Shown: in pieces, positions 9,230 through 18,686 of the stretch | Layout: each line of letters opens with the position of its first letter | How positions within the stretch are numbered: position 1 is the stretch's first letter | Assembly (NCBI GenBank): GCA_964467325.1 | Contig: CAYXSG010000001.1 | Location: 8,953 to 72,952, forward strand | DNA: 64,000 nt | Direction of reading: 5' to 3' | Origin: an uncultured Candidatus Saccharibacteria bacterium | GTDB lineage: Bacteria > Patescibacteriota > Minisyncoccia > Phycocordibacterales > JAKAEA01 | The notes under the pieces: model-generated | Databases searched by the model: none | What the model was told of the DNA's origin: nothing | The model's input: only the letters and a program-made list of their open reading frames with translations | Program-made: the position numbers and the translations under genes

Positions 9230-11554
9230 TTAGACCACTTCGCAGACGCCGGAGGCGCAGGCGAGTTCTTTTTTGAGTTCGGTTTCGTCTACTTTTTCGT
9301 AAGTGATGATTTTTGAGAAATCAATGTGCGCCATTCTTTTCGCAAGCTCTTCGTAGCGCTTTTCGTCGATGGCTTCGTAAGGTGCGAGTTGGTAGACGTG
9401 GTTGTCGCGAGGCAAGAAGGACAGGCCGCCGACGATTTCCCAGTTGGCGTAAACCCAGTTGGCGACTTCAATCCATTCGCTGTCGCCGACGGAAACGGTC
9501 ACAGAAGGATTGTGTTCGGTGTAATTGACTTTTACCAGTTTCCAATATTCAAGTTGTTTAATGGCCGAAACACTGTCTTTGAAAACGGAATTTACTGGCG
9601 CTTTAACAGGAAATTCTAGAACGTAAGTGTTGGCGCTCTCAGCATTCTGACCGACCTCTGGAAAGTACGGCACGCCTTGATCTTTGAGCATCTTGAAGAG
9701 TGCGTCGGTGGCGGAAATGCGGACGCGGCGAATGTAGAAAGCGGAATTGCGAGCGTGCATGCCGCTGGCGCAGTCCACCATTTGCGAAAGGGTGCCGGAC
9801 GGCTTGACGCAGGTGATGGCTGTGGAAGCGCTAATTCCAAATCGCTTTGCGTATGTCTGGTTTACTTTGATGGATTCTTTTTTGAGTTTCAAAAGCGTTT
9901 CGGCATTTTGCACGGCTGGGCAATCCCACTGGCCGGTGATGGATACGCCGAGTAAGCGTTCAGCGTCGCAGTGCTCTTTCCATTCTTTTGAAAGGTAAGG
10001 GAAATGGGTGAGGCTGGATTGATATGTGCCGAGAATCGTGGCGATGCGGATTTTTCGCAAGAGCGACTTTTCCGTGTCGGTGGAACGTGCTACGACTTCC
10101 GAGAGGTTGCAGAATTGTTTTGATTGCAAAATGATTTCGCCGCAAGGGTTCGTGCCGATTGAACCGATGATGTGCTTGCCTGATGCGTCGAAATAGCCTT
10201 TGTAACCTTTCAAATGGTCAATGCGGCGCTTCGGCAGAGTTTGAGCGAGCGAGCCGCGGTTGAAGATGCCTCGTTCGCCGGCATGGCTTTCAATGAGCGC
10301 CATCCATTCTTTCAAAAATTCTTCGTTGGTCGGCTTGGAAGTGTAAACGGCGGAGTTGTTCGCGAGCGAGCGGTGCGGATGAGTGACATAAAATGCACCT
10401 TGCTTTGAGTCGCGAATGTCCATATCGTCCAAATCGGAAAGGGAAATCATCGCGCTTCGGCGTACGCCGCCGGAAACGACGCAATCGCCAATCATGCAGA
10501 TGATGTCGTGCACGTCAATGTTGCGCAGGCGCTTGCCTTGTCGATTCATCATCGTTTCTCGAGTGAAAGAAAGTAGTCGGCGAAGCGGATCGGGACCGGA
10601 AGACTTGCCGCCCATAGTCTTGAGGCGAGTACCAGCGGCGCGCAATTGTGAAAAATCAAATGCGATATCTTTGCCAGCGGCCCAAGTTTTCATACCGAGC
10701 GTGAGTGCATCGGCCCAGCCTTCTTTTGAGTCAGGAATGACGTGCGTCGGTAATTTTTCCCCAGTTTGAGGGAGAATTTGCGGAAATTTTTGAACGTTTT
10801 GGCTTTCCACCGACCAACCAGCGCCGGTGCCGCACATGGAAATGTACATAATCTCTGCCAAATCTTGAAAACTTTCTGGCGCGATGTATGAGCAGTTGTA
10901 AGCGCAAACATTTGTCGCGCGCGCCGCTTTGCCAGAAAATTGCAAAAGGCGCATGGAAGGCATGGCTTCTTGTTTCAAAATGCCCTGACGCACTTCTTCA
11001 TATTCGGCATCCGTGAGTTTCTTGCCGAGATTTTCTTTCATGAAAGTCATGTAGCGGTCAATGGTTTCAATCCAAGTTTCGCGGCGCGATTCATTTTCAA
11101 TCCAGCGAGAATAGCTTCTATAATAGACAAATTCGCCCAAAGGACTGGCAAAATACTTCTTGCTGTCGGTGGCCAGCTTCTTCACATGCTCCGGCACCTC
11201 AATGCCGCGGGCGCGGAGCTTGGCGCGTTCCTCTCGGTACAAGATGAACGCTTTCGAAGTCTTCACATATTCGCTCAAAATGAGTTCGCGCTCCACGCTG
11301 TCCTGAATGCCTTCAACGGTAGGCACAAAATTTTTGTATTTTTTGGAAATTCTCACCAAATCGGCGAACACTTTGTTGGCCACCATGCTCGCTTCCATGT
11401 CGCTGCCTTCGTTCACAGCAATCATGGCTTTGTGGATGGCGTTTGCAATCCGACTTAGGTCAAAAGGCACAATGGAGCCGTCTCGCTTCTGCACTGTTTT
11501 GATAAAATCCGACGGCTTCGTTGATCGCACCTCAGACTTTTTTGTCGTATTCAT
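9230..11554 (-). CDS. nrdJ: adenosylcobalamin-dependent (class II) ribonucleotide reductase with N-terminal ATP-cone
   Basis: ATP-cone (KTVQKRDGSIVPFDLSRI...); catalytic NPCGEI motif; C-terminal CASGVCEV redox cysteine pair; 774 aa. Confidence 0.8.
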   Translation of the reverse strand: MNTTKKSEVRSTKPSDFIKTVQKRDGSIVPFDLSRIANAIHKAMIAVNEGSDMEASMVANKVFADLVRISKKYKNFVPTVEGIQDSVERELILSEYVKTSKAFILYREERAKLRARGIEVPEHVKKLATDSKKYFASPLGEFVYYRSYSRWIENESRRETWIETIDRYMTFMKENLGKKLTDAEYEEVRQGILKQEAMPSMRLLQFSGKAARATNVCAYNCSYIAPESFQDLAEIMYISMCGTGAGWSVESQNVQKFPQILPQTGEKLPTHVIPDSKEGWADALTLGMKTWAAGKDIAFDFSQLRAAGTRLKTMGGKSSGPDPLRRLLSFTRETMMNRQGKRLRNIDVHDIICMIGDCVVSGGVRRSAMISLSDLDDMDIRDSKQGAFYVTHPHRSLANNSAVYTSKPTNEEFLKEWMALIESHAGERGIFNRGSLAQTLPKRRIDHLKGYKGYFDASGKHIIGSIGTNPCGEIILQSKQFCNLSEVVARSTDTEKSLLRKIRIATILGTYQSSLTHFPYLSKEWKEHCDAERLLGVSITGQWDCPAVQNAETLLKLKKESIKVNQTYAKRFGISASTAITCVKPSGTLSQMVDCASGMHARNSAFYIRRVRISATDALFKMLKDQGVPYFPEVGQNAESANTYVLEFPVKAPVNSVFKDSVSAIKQLEYWKLVKVNYTEHNPSVTVSVGDSEWIEVANWVYANWEIVGGLSFLPRDNHVYQLAPYEAIDEKRYEELAKRMAHIDFSKIITYEKVDETELKKELACASGVCEVV

Positions 11555-11686
11555 ACGGAGAAAATAAAAAAATTATTTATTAAAATTAAAATAAAACTGC
11601 TTACGTATTTTACTGCACATGCGACATTGATTGCAAGCGCAAAACTACTTGCGCTTTTAAAAAAAACAAGTCATACTCAGATTCTC

Positions 11687-12223
11687 ATGAAAAATCGTTC
11701 GCAAATCGTGCTCGCCGTCATTTTTATCGTCCTTGGCGTCTCGGTGCGCTTCGCGCCGCACGTTTGGAACTTCGCGCCGGTGGCCGCCATCGCTTTGGCC
11801 GCTTCGGCTTACCTCGGTCTCGCTTATTCCGTAGCGATTATTTTTGCCATCATGATTTTGAGCGATATTTCGCTCGGTTTTTACGAATGGCAAATCATGC
11901 TTGCGGTTTACGCCAGCTTTTTGGCGAGCGCGCTCATCGGTTTGGCGCTTCGGAAAAATAAAACCGTGCTGAAAATCGCGGGTGCTAGCATTGCTTCGTC
12001 CTTGGTTTTCTTTTTTGCAACCAATTTCGCTGTATGGCAATTTTCCGGCATGTATTCTAACACTTTCGCCGGTTTAGAAGCGTGTTTCATCGCCGCGTTG
12101 CCGTTTTTCCGCGGCACGTTCTTCGGTGACCTCTTCTTCTCGGCTTTTTTCTTTACTGTTTTTGAATTTGCACTGCGTTTCGTGTCATCTCAATCTTCCA
12201 AAAAAATTTCTGTTACCTATTGA
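11687..12223 (+). CDS. polytopic membrane protein, possible ECF-type vitamin transporter S-component (divergent to nrdJ)
   Basis: 6 TM helices; WNFAPVAAIAL...G motif reminiscent of ECF S-components; start MKNRSQIVL inside the 11627 ORF. Confidence 0.35.
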   Translation: MKNRSQIVLAVIFIVLGVSVRFAPHVWNFAPVAAIALAASAYLGLAYSVAIIFAIMILSDISLGFYEWQIMLAVYASFLASALIGLALRKNKTVLKIAGASIASSLVFFFATNFAVWQFSGMYSNTFAGLEACFIAALPFFRGTFFGDLFFSAFFFTVFEFALRFVSSQSSKKISVTY

Positions 12224-12315
12224 CTTAAAAACCTATCTATGTTATTGTGGTGTGAGAACGGTCATTTTGACCGCGTAATATAAAGGTTTCTCAACTCTCT
12301 AACAAGGAGCTTCAA

Positions 12316-12984
12316 ATGAAGCGATTGGTTTTGATTGTGGCGATTTTGTTGTTGTCTCGAGTGGCTGATGCTTCGCTGGTTGTCGGTTCCATTTCTGACA
12401 AGCCCGATGAGTTTGGTCATCTGCAGAACATTCTGCAAGTTGACTTTCCGTCTGGCGGATCGGCAACAGCATCCTACTGGATGGATTCGGGAAATCCAGG
12501 ATTTGCCGGCGTTCAAATGAAAACGCCACACTGGATTGATAGTGTGACCAGCGTCATTATGCCGAATGACTTCCCGATAAATTCGGATTCCGACCTTTAC
12601 GATTTCAAGACGGTCATTACTGGTCGTGAAGTGCCTGCATCTGGCTCTGGACTTGGCGCGAGTGTAACGCCGAGTTTGCAAGATGATGCTGCGTTTCTCG
12701 TCGGACGTGTGTCTCTAGAACACTACAATGATGTATACGGCATTCGCGATTATGCGGATAGCCATATATACGTGGCTCCGGACTCTGTCGTCGGCGCTCG
12801 GCTGACTTACGAGGGGGAATTGGGAGCGGACAGACTTGGCTTTGTGATAACTTACGATTTGGTTTTCTCAGCCGATTCGGGGTTTGTTACAGAGCCGGTG
12901 ATGCTCGGAACGGTTCCGGAGCCAACCTCAATGGGAATTATCGGTATCGGCACTATCGGACTTCTTTTCCGCCGCCGACGATAA
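12316..12984 (+). CDS. PEP-CTERM sorting domain secreted protein
   Basis: Signal peptide; C-terminus VPEPTSMGIIGIGTIGLLFRRRR. Confidence 0.7.
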   Translation: MKRLVLIVAILLLSRVADASLVVGSISDKPDEFGHLQNILQVDFPSGGSATASYWMDSGNPGFAGVQMKTPHWIDSVTSVIMPNDFPINSDSDLYDFKTVITGREVPASGSGLGASVTPSLQDDAAFLVGRVSLEHYNDVYGIRDYADSHIYVAPDSVVGARLTYEGELGADRLGFVITYDLVFSADSGFVTEPVMLGTVPEPTSMGIIGIGTIGLLFRRRR

Positions 12985-13049
12985 CTTGCGTTCTTTCTCG
13001 AAAACAGAAATCTCAGGCCTCACTGCATCAGCGGTGAGGCCTTTTCATT

Positions 13050-13967
13050 TTAATTTGAGAATGAAAATGTGGAACTAATCTGATTGAAGAAGTTTAATCC
13101 TCTTTGACTGTCTTCAAAGCTGTTTTCTGGGGTCACCGTAACTATTCTATATTCAAACCCATTGTGTACCAGCACGTTGTAATAAAAGGACTGATTTTGT
13201 CCTTGCACAGCTGTGCCTACTGATAAAAATAAAGCCTTATCGCCACCAACAGTCACATCTTTGATTGTGAGTTGCTTCTGAAGATTCTGGCGTATGGTTT
13301 CAAATGACTCGCCAGCATGAAGAGGTCTAACTGTTACAGCTCCAAGAGTTTTTCCATCCGGACTATATGCCTCTACCGCTTTCACGGTGCCAAAAGTATC
13401 AACTGTGCTGTCGTATGCTTGTTTTGAACCCTCCGGAAAAGTTATTTCAAAGCCGTATTTTTGATCTGTCCAATTCAGACTGGTGGCGGTTTCAATTCCG
13501 TATTTTTGAGATACGATTTGAGAATTAATAACCGTTTTAAAAACCGAAACACTAAAGTAACCAATCACAATGACAGCAATAAGACTCATTAGAAACACCA
13601 ACTGAACCACCAGCTTTAAATATTCACCGCTTAGAAAATTCCGCTTTAAATAGGCTAGAAGAGTTATTCCTGCCAAAATGAGGAAAATTATCAGGGCACC
13701 AATACTAAAATTAAACGGTAAAGACAATAAATCTAGTGCACAAATTAAAACAAACAACGGCAATATCCATTTTTTAATAGTAAACCAGCCATAACCGGCA
13801 ACAATCGTCATGCAGAAAACCCCTAGCGGCAAAATAACAATCCATAAAGGATAGGCTGAACGTATAGAAGGAACAAAAAACCAAATGCAAATTACAAGAG
13901 CAAGAAAAGAAAAAATAAAGTAGATAATACCAAGAAACTTCCAAAATAAACGCAAGGATTTAGGCAT
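13050..13967 (-). CDS. hypothetical membrane protein (N-terminal TM bundle + C-terminal soluble domain)
   Basis: 4-5 TM helices, then a beta-rich domain. Confidence 0.45.
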   Translation of the reverse strand: MPKSLRLFWKFLGIIYFIFSFLALVICIWFFVPSIRSAYPLWIVILPLGVFCMTIVAGYGWFTIKKWILPLFVLICALDLLSLPFNFSIGALIIFLILAGITLLAYLKRNFLSGEYLKLVVQLVFLMSLIAVIVIGYFSVSVFKTVINSQIVSQKYGIETATSLNWTDQKYGFEITFPEGSKQAYDSTVDTFGTVKAVEAYSPDGKTLGAVTVRPLHAGESFETIRQNLQKQLTIKDVTVGGDKALFLSVGTAVQGQNQSFYYNVLVHNGFEYRIVTVTPENSFEDSQRGLNFFNQISSTFSFSN

Positions 13968-14005
13968 GAAATTATGTTAGATGATAATGTTTCTATTATA
14001 CAGCA

Positions 14006-14248
14006 CTAATTGGTAGTATAAAATTCCTTGTCAGCTAAATCAGCACCAAAAGAAATTTCAAAATCTTTAATAATTCCTCTTAAGGTGCCTTTTTTCAGCT
14101 CTTTGTGTAAAGGTATTGTGATGTGGCGACTGTCACCGTCAATTTTAATTCTCACGTGACTGCCGACAGTTCTTAAAACTTCACAGCCGTACTTTTCAAA
14201 AATTCTGACGACTTCTTTACCGGACAAAACCTTGAGCCTGTGCGGCAT
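14006..14248 (-). CDS. hicA: HicA family toxin (mRNA interferase)
   Basis: GKEVVRIFEKYGCEVLRTVGSHVRI...IPLHKELKKGTLRGIIKD matches the HicA/YcfA fold. Confidence 0.75.
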   Translation of the reverse strand: MPHRLKVLSGKEVVRIFEKYGCEVLRTVGSHVRIKIDGDSRHITIPLHKELKKGTLRGIIKDFEISFGADLADKEFYTTN

Positions 14249-14259
14249 GGGATTTTAAT

Positions 14260-14481
14260 TTAAGCAAAGCTTGGAATTTCAAAATTGGCCAAGATGGGCA
14301 AGTTGGTATGGTTTTTTGAGGCAGAAATGCCAAAATGGCAATCAACGGCTTCTCGGATGTTTCGCATAGTTTCGTCAATTGTTTCGCCTTGAGTGTAAAT
14401 GGAAGCGCCAATGGCTTCAGCGTAATAGCCGCCTTCTTCTGCTTCTCGGATGACAAATTGGAGTAAGTTCGGCTTTTTCAT
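14260..14481 (-). CDS. hicB: HicB family antitoxin (UPF0150)
   Basis: FVIREAEEGGYYAEAIG...QGETIDETMRNIREAV typical of the HicB N-domain; 11-nt gap to hicA. Confidence 0.65.
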   Translation of the reverse strand: MKKPNLLQFVIREAEEGGYYAEAIGASIYTQGETIDETMRNIREAVDCHFGISASKNHTNLPILANFEIPSFA

Positions 14482-14526
14482 AACGCAGATATTTTACCAC
14501 TGTTTTATGGCTTATGCAATCGTAAT

Positions 14527-15213
14527 TTACGACGGATCCGGTCGAGCAATATCAAGAGTATAGCCGCGGCCGGGGATGGTGTGAAGAAGCTTTTTCTTAT
14601 TAGCAATGTCGATTTTTCGGCGCAGATTTAAAATGTGCGCTTCAACGGTGTTGGAAAACGGATCGCTGTCGGCGTTCCAAACGTGTTCCATAATCGTGCC
14701 GCGCGAGAGCACAAGGCCGCGGTGGCGCATGAGGTATTCCAGCAAGGCAAATTCTTTGCGGGTCAGGTAAATATTTTTCTTGCAGCGCGTCACCCTTTGC
14801 TTCACGAGATCAAGCTTCAGATCGTCCAGCTCAAACGTGTTTGATTCCAGCGTTTTCGGCCGGCGCATGAGCGCGCGGATTCGGGCTAGCAGTTCTTGGA
14901 AGACGAACGGCTTGGTGAGATAGTCATCGGCACCGGTGTTGAGCAAATCCACTTTTGATTCAAAGGTGGAACGCATGGTGAGCATGATAATTGGTGTGTT
15001 TTTGCCGGCTTTGCGGATTTCGGCGCAAATCGTTTTGCCGTCTTTCTTCGGCAGCATGAAATCCAAGATAATGAGATCATATTCGTTAGTTCTGGCCAAA
15101 TATGAGCCTTTTTCGCCATCGCCAGCAATATCCACACTGAAAGTCTCTTCCTCAAGATTGGTCTTCAGAATTTTTTGAACCTCTTCATCATCTTCAACAG
15201 CGAGAATGCGCAT
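14527..15213 (-). CDS. OmpR/PhoB-family two-component response regulator (orphan, no adjacent kinase)
   Basis: Receiver domain (DD...D...K) plus winged-helix C-terminal (LTRKEFALLEYLMRH..., RGYTL). Confidence 0.85.
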   Translation of the reverse strand: MRILAVEDDEEVQKILKTNLEEETFSVDIAGDGEKGSYLARTNEYDLIILDFMLPKKDGKTICAEIRKAGKNTPIIMLTMRSTFESKVDLLNTGADDYLTKPFVFQELLARIRALMRRPKTLESNTFELDDLKLDLVKQRVTRCKKNIYLTRKEFALLEYLMRHRGLVLSRGTIMEHVWNADSDPFSNTVEAHILNLRRKIDIANKKKLLHTIPGRGYTLDIARPDPS

Positions 15214-15342
15214 ATGAGTGTGAATTAAGGATTAATTGACGCCATTATACATGCGAGAAAAGAAAGTCAAAGGCAAAGTGTGAATTGGTCTTCAGAAAGA
15301 TTTTATCACCCAGATCTTGTGCTATAGTATAATTTAAGCCAA

Positions 15343-15762
15343 ATGATTTCCCGATTCTCTTTCCACATAAAGAAAAAAGCCGATGAAGACGTGAATTTCT
15401 GGATTCTTCTGTCTTTTTTGCCCACTTTCATTCTTTCCAGACTGCTTGTCTATAATATGCCCTGGCTGTTTCTCAACATCAGAGGAGTGCATATCCACCA
15501 TTTCACTTACGGCATTTTCATTCTGGCAGTTTCGGGATTGCTCGCGCAGAACGTTAAAGATTATAAATGGAAAAGTCTCACGGCGTTTTTGTACGGGGCG
15601 GGTTTGGCGTTGGCTTTTGACGAATACGGCATGTGGATTCGCCTGCAAGACAATTACTGGGTTCGTCAGTCATACGACGCGGTGATTATTGTTTTTGCCA
15701 TTCTTGTAAATATTATTTACTTGTCTATTTTCTGGAAAAAGCTGTTCAGTAAAGTGCTTTGA
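15343..15762 (+). CDS. hypothetical small membrane protein
   Basis: 4 TM helices; TATAAT about 10 nt upstream of ATG. Confidence 0.4.
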   Translation: MISRFSFHIKKKADEDVNFWILLSFLPTFILSRLLVYNMPWLFLNIRGVHIHHFTYGIFILAVSGLLAQNVKDYKWKSLTAFLYGAGLALAFDEYGMWIRLQDNYWVRQSYDAVIIVFAILVNIIYLSIFWKKLFSKVL

Positions 15763-15796
15763 TTTTAAGCGGTTTTGCGGTAAGATAGCTTCCAAC

Positions 15797-16435
15797 ATGA
15801 CCCTCGTCAAGAATATGGTGGCTGGAGCGCTAGCTAGCATAATGGTATTTTTTGGCGCGGGCTTTTTTCATTCTGGCAATGGGACGCCGAGTCCAAGCGT
15901 GGCGCCGGCGAGCAAGGTGAAATCGGCGGTGGACAGTCGCAATCCGGACACCGAGCTTGAAACGAAAGTGCCGCCGAAGCAAATTAAAATTAATCCGAAC
16001 GTGCAAATTGTGGTGGCGCTCGACGGCGCTTATGAAGCGGCACTTGAAGCGATTCATGGCAACGCCGATAATTTTTTTGAAAATCCGCGCACTTCGTCGC
16101 CGAGCTTGGTTTTTTCTTCAACTTCCACTTTGGAAATTAGTCTTGAATCCGGCCGAGCGGAAGTGGAGACCAGGCTCATTTCCATGGGCGACTCGATCAA
16201 AACTCTTGGCACAACCAGTTCTTCTGACGATGTTGCTTCGGCGCTGACTGAAGCCAAGCTTGATTTGGGTGAGATTAATCTTTTCATGGACAACCTTTCT
16301 TTTTCTATTAACGCGCTTACGTCAATCCAGTCTGTCCCAACTTCAACTCTCGTGGAATGGAAATCCGGTCTCGCCAAATCTAAAAATAATTTAAATAAAG
16401 CGGTTTCGGCGGTGCTTGCTAGCGAATTAAAATAA
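15797..16435 (+). CDS. hypothetical secreted/anchored protein
   Basis: N-terminal TM/signal, S/T-rich. Confidence 0.4.
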   Translation: MTLVKNMVAGALASIMVFFGAGFFHSGNGTPSPSVAPASKVKSAVDSRNPDTELETKVPPKQIKINPNVQIVVALDGAYEAALEAIHGNADNFFENPRTSSPSLVFSSTSTLEISLESGRAEVETRLISMGDSIKTLGTTSSSDDVASALTEAKLDLGEINLFMDNLSFSINALTSIQSVPTSTLVEWKSGLAKSKNNLNKAVSAVLASELK

Positions 16436-16439
16436 TTTT

Positions 16440-17198
16440 GTGAAAAAAGACACTTCTTGGGGCAGGGTGGCGCAGTGGTACGGCGAGCATGTCTCGGGCG
16501 AAGAAAGCTATCATCAGAAAGTGATTTTGCCGAATTTACTTCGGCTTATGGAGATTAAATCTGACACGAGCGTGCTCGACCTCGCGTGCGGCAGCGGCTT
16601 TTTCACGGAAGAATTTCGGAAAGCCGGCGCGACGGCGCGGGGTTTGGATATTTCGCCCGAGCTCATCGCGCTCGCCAAAAAGCAGTATTCGCTCGGCGCG
16701 CAGTTTGCCGTCGCACCGGCCCACGCTTTTCCGGAAGTGAAAGCCGAAAGTGTTGATTTGGTGACTTTAATTTTGGCGATTCAAAACATTCGCGAAGTCA
16801 AAGAAACGCTCGCCGAATGTTCCCGCGTGCTCAAAAAAACCGGCAAAATGTTCATTGTGATGAATCATCCGGCGTTTCGGATTCCGGGCGGCTCGGCTTG
16901 GGGTTGGGACGAAAAAGCGGGGAAACAATACCGTCGCATTGACCAATACCTTTCCGAAAAAACCGTGCCGATTGCCATGCATCCGGGCGCCAAGCCGGAC
17001 GAAAAAACCGTTTCTTTCCACCGACCACTTCAGTTTTATATGAAGCTGCTGCGCGGCGCCGGCTTTGCCGCGACTCGCATTGAAGAATGGATTTCCCATA
17101 AAGAAAGCGAAAAAGGCCCGCGTCAAAAAGAAGAAGATCGGATGAGAAAAGAAATTCCGTTGTTCATGGCTTTGGAATTTGTTAAAATTAACTCATAA
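16440..17198 (+). CDS. class I SAM-dependent methyltransferase
   Basis: Motif I VLDLACGSGFF; GTG start. Confidence 0.75.
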   Translation: MKKDTSWGRVAQWYGEHVSGEESYHQKVILPNLLRLMEIKSDTSVLDLACGSGFFTEEFRKAGATARGLDISPELIALAKKQYSLGAQFAVAPAHAFPEVKAESVDLVTLILAIQNIREVKETLAECSRVLKKTGKMFIVMNHPAFRIPGGSAWGWDEKAGKQYRRIDQYLSEKTVPIAMHPGAKPDEKTVSFHRPLQFYMKLLRGAGFAATRIEEWISHKESEKGPRQKEEDRMRKEIPLFMALEFVKINS

Positions 17199-17202
17199 AA
17201 TT

Positions 17203-17469
17203 ATGCAACCCCACTTTGTGTGTTCTGAATGTGGTTTTTCTTCCAAGCTCATCAGGACTTGTCAGAACGAGTCTTGCCTAAAACAAGGCGAACCGATGCA
17301 AGAATGCCTTTGCGAAGACGGCCGGCACGCACTCATTCTGAAAAATTCTGCGGGTGAAGATGGCGAAGCAAAAGAAAATTCGGAAAATGGCGAAAATTTT
17401 GATGAAGAATCCGAAACCAAAAATTCTTCAAGCAAATTCATTGATTTGGACAACGAAGAACAGGAGTAG
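17203..17469 (+). CDS. small Cys-rich (zinc-ribbon-like) protein with acidic tail
   Basis: CSECGF...C..C...C.C cysteine pattern, then E/D-rich C-terminus. Confidence 0.3.
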   Translation: MQPHFVCSECGFSSKLIRTCQNESCLKQGEPMQECLCEDGRHALILKNSAGEDGEAKENSENGENFDEESETKNSSSKFIDLDNEEQE

Positions 17470-17474
17470 GAAAA

Positions 17475-18629
17475 TTAAAACCGAGCTTTATAGGTGGCGC
17501 TTACGCCCACCAAAAGACAAAGGGAAGTTAAGATGAAAAGCGTCGTGACTGGCAGCGCTGGCACGATGACGCTGCCAAGAAGTGGGGTAATGATGTAGGC
17601 CGCAGGCACAGAGAGGCGGAAAAGGCCGATGAAGCTCGCGTCTTTGTCGGTAATTCGCCGGAAGAATGCCGCTTCACTTCCAACTTCCACGAAACTAGCG
17701 CCGATGCGGGACAAAAACAGCAGTGCGGCCCACAAAAATACGCTTGGCACTTGCGTGTAAGCCATGCAAAGTAGTGAAGCGCTCATGATTAGGAAACCGG
17801 CCATGATGATATTTTTTTCGTCGTGAAAACGGTTGAAAAGTTTGCCGAGCGGCGCTTCAAACAGCACGAACGGCAAAAGCATTATCGTGTAAATGAGGCC
17901 GATAGATTCCCAGCTTAGGCCGATGGTGTTGTGAAGATACGGCGCCATGAAAATGACCATGAGGACGTAAAAGCATTGGAGCAGGAAATTTAAAAAGAAA
18001 ATCACGGAAAGAAATTTTCGGCCCAAAAACATTTTCACGTTTCGGAAAGATTCCGTTTCGCGGTAGCGCACCGGCTCAACGTTTTTAAATACGTCAAAAA
18101 CCAAAAGCCATAAAATGCCTAGAAATAAAGTTGAAACCAGATAAACGCTGCTGAAAGAAATTTTCTCAATCATGAAGCCAACGGTGAGCGGCGCGAAGAC
18201 GAAAGCGAGATTCATGAAAGTCAGATAGTAAGCGCGAGTTTTTTCTGTGTCTTTCACTGTTACTAAAATGCCTTCTAGGAAAATGTCCAAGCCGAAAAGA
18301 ATCAAGGGCGGTAGCGCTTGGTGGGCGAGAAAAGCGATTTTGATAATTGTTGGATTGTGCGAAAAGGCGAGCGTGAGCAGGGTACCAATTTCCAAAATGA
18401 TTCCCGAAAGCACAAGGCGCCAATTGCCGAAGCGTTTTAGAAATCTGCCACTCACAATCAAACAAAAAGCGGTGATGATGGCGCCGGCCACGTATAAATT
18501 ACTGATAGTTTGGCTATCAAAATACTGTCCGAGAAACGAAGAGTTTATATAAATCGTGAAAGCGTACTGAAGCGAAAGCAAAAGCGCCGCGATATAAATG
18601 AACCGATATCTCGGCTTGTGAAAGTTCAT
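17475..18629 (-). CDS. MFS-type transporter
   Basis: About 12 TM helices, 384 aa, MFS-like topology. Confidence 0.55.
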   Translation of the reverse strand: MNFHKPRYRFIYIAALLLSLQYAFTIYINSSFLGQYFDSQTISNLYVAGAIITAFCLIVSGRFLKRFGNWRLVLSGIILEIGTLLTLAFSHNPTIIKIAFLAHQALPPLILFGLDIFLEGILVTVKDTEKTRAYYLTFMNLAFVFAPLTVGFMIEKISFSSVYLVSTLFLGILWLLVFDVFKNVEPVRYRETESFRNVKMFLGRKFLSVIFFLNFLLQCFYVLMVIFMAPYLHNTIGLSWESIGLIYTIMLLPFVLFEAPLGKLFNRFHDEKNIIMAGFLIMSASLLCMAYTQVPSVFLWAALLFLSRIGASFVEVGSEAAFFRRITDKDASFIGLFRLSVPAAYIITPLLGSVIVPALPVTTLFILTSLCLLVGVSATYKARF

Positions 18630-18686
18630 GCGCCTATTATACCAACCAAAGCGCGAAAGCTGGTGTTGATAAAATAAAGAAATAAA

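Noticed and set aside
9289-11567. Numerous ORFs of 60-170 aa in other frames within nrdJ
   Set aside because: Antisense or frame-shifted shadows of the 774-aa NrdJ ORF.
11555-11690. Possible B12 riboswitch or NrdR box between nrdJ and the divergent membrane gene
   Set aside because: The region is too short and lacks a B12-box or NrdR palindrome. Only a generic hairpin is present.
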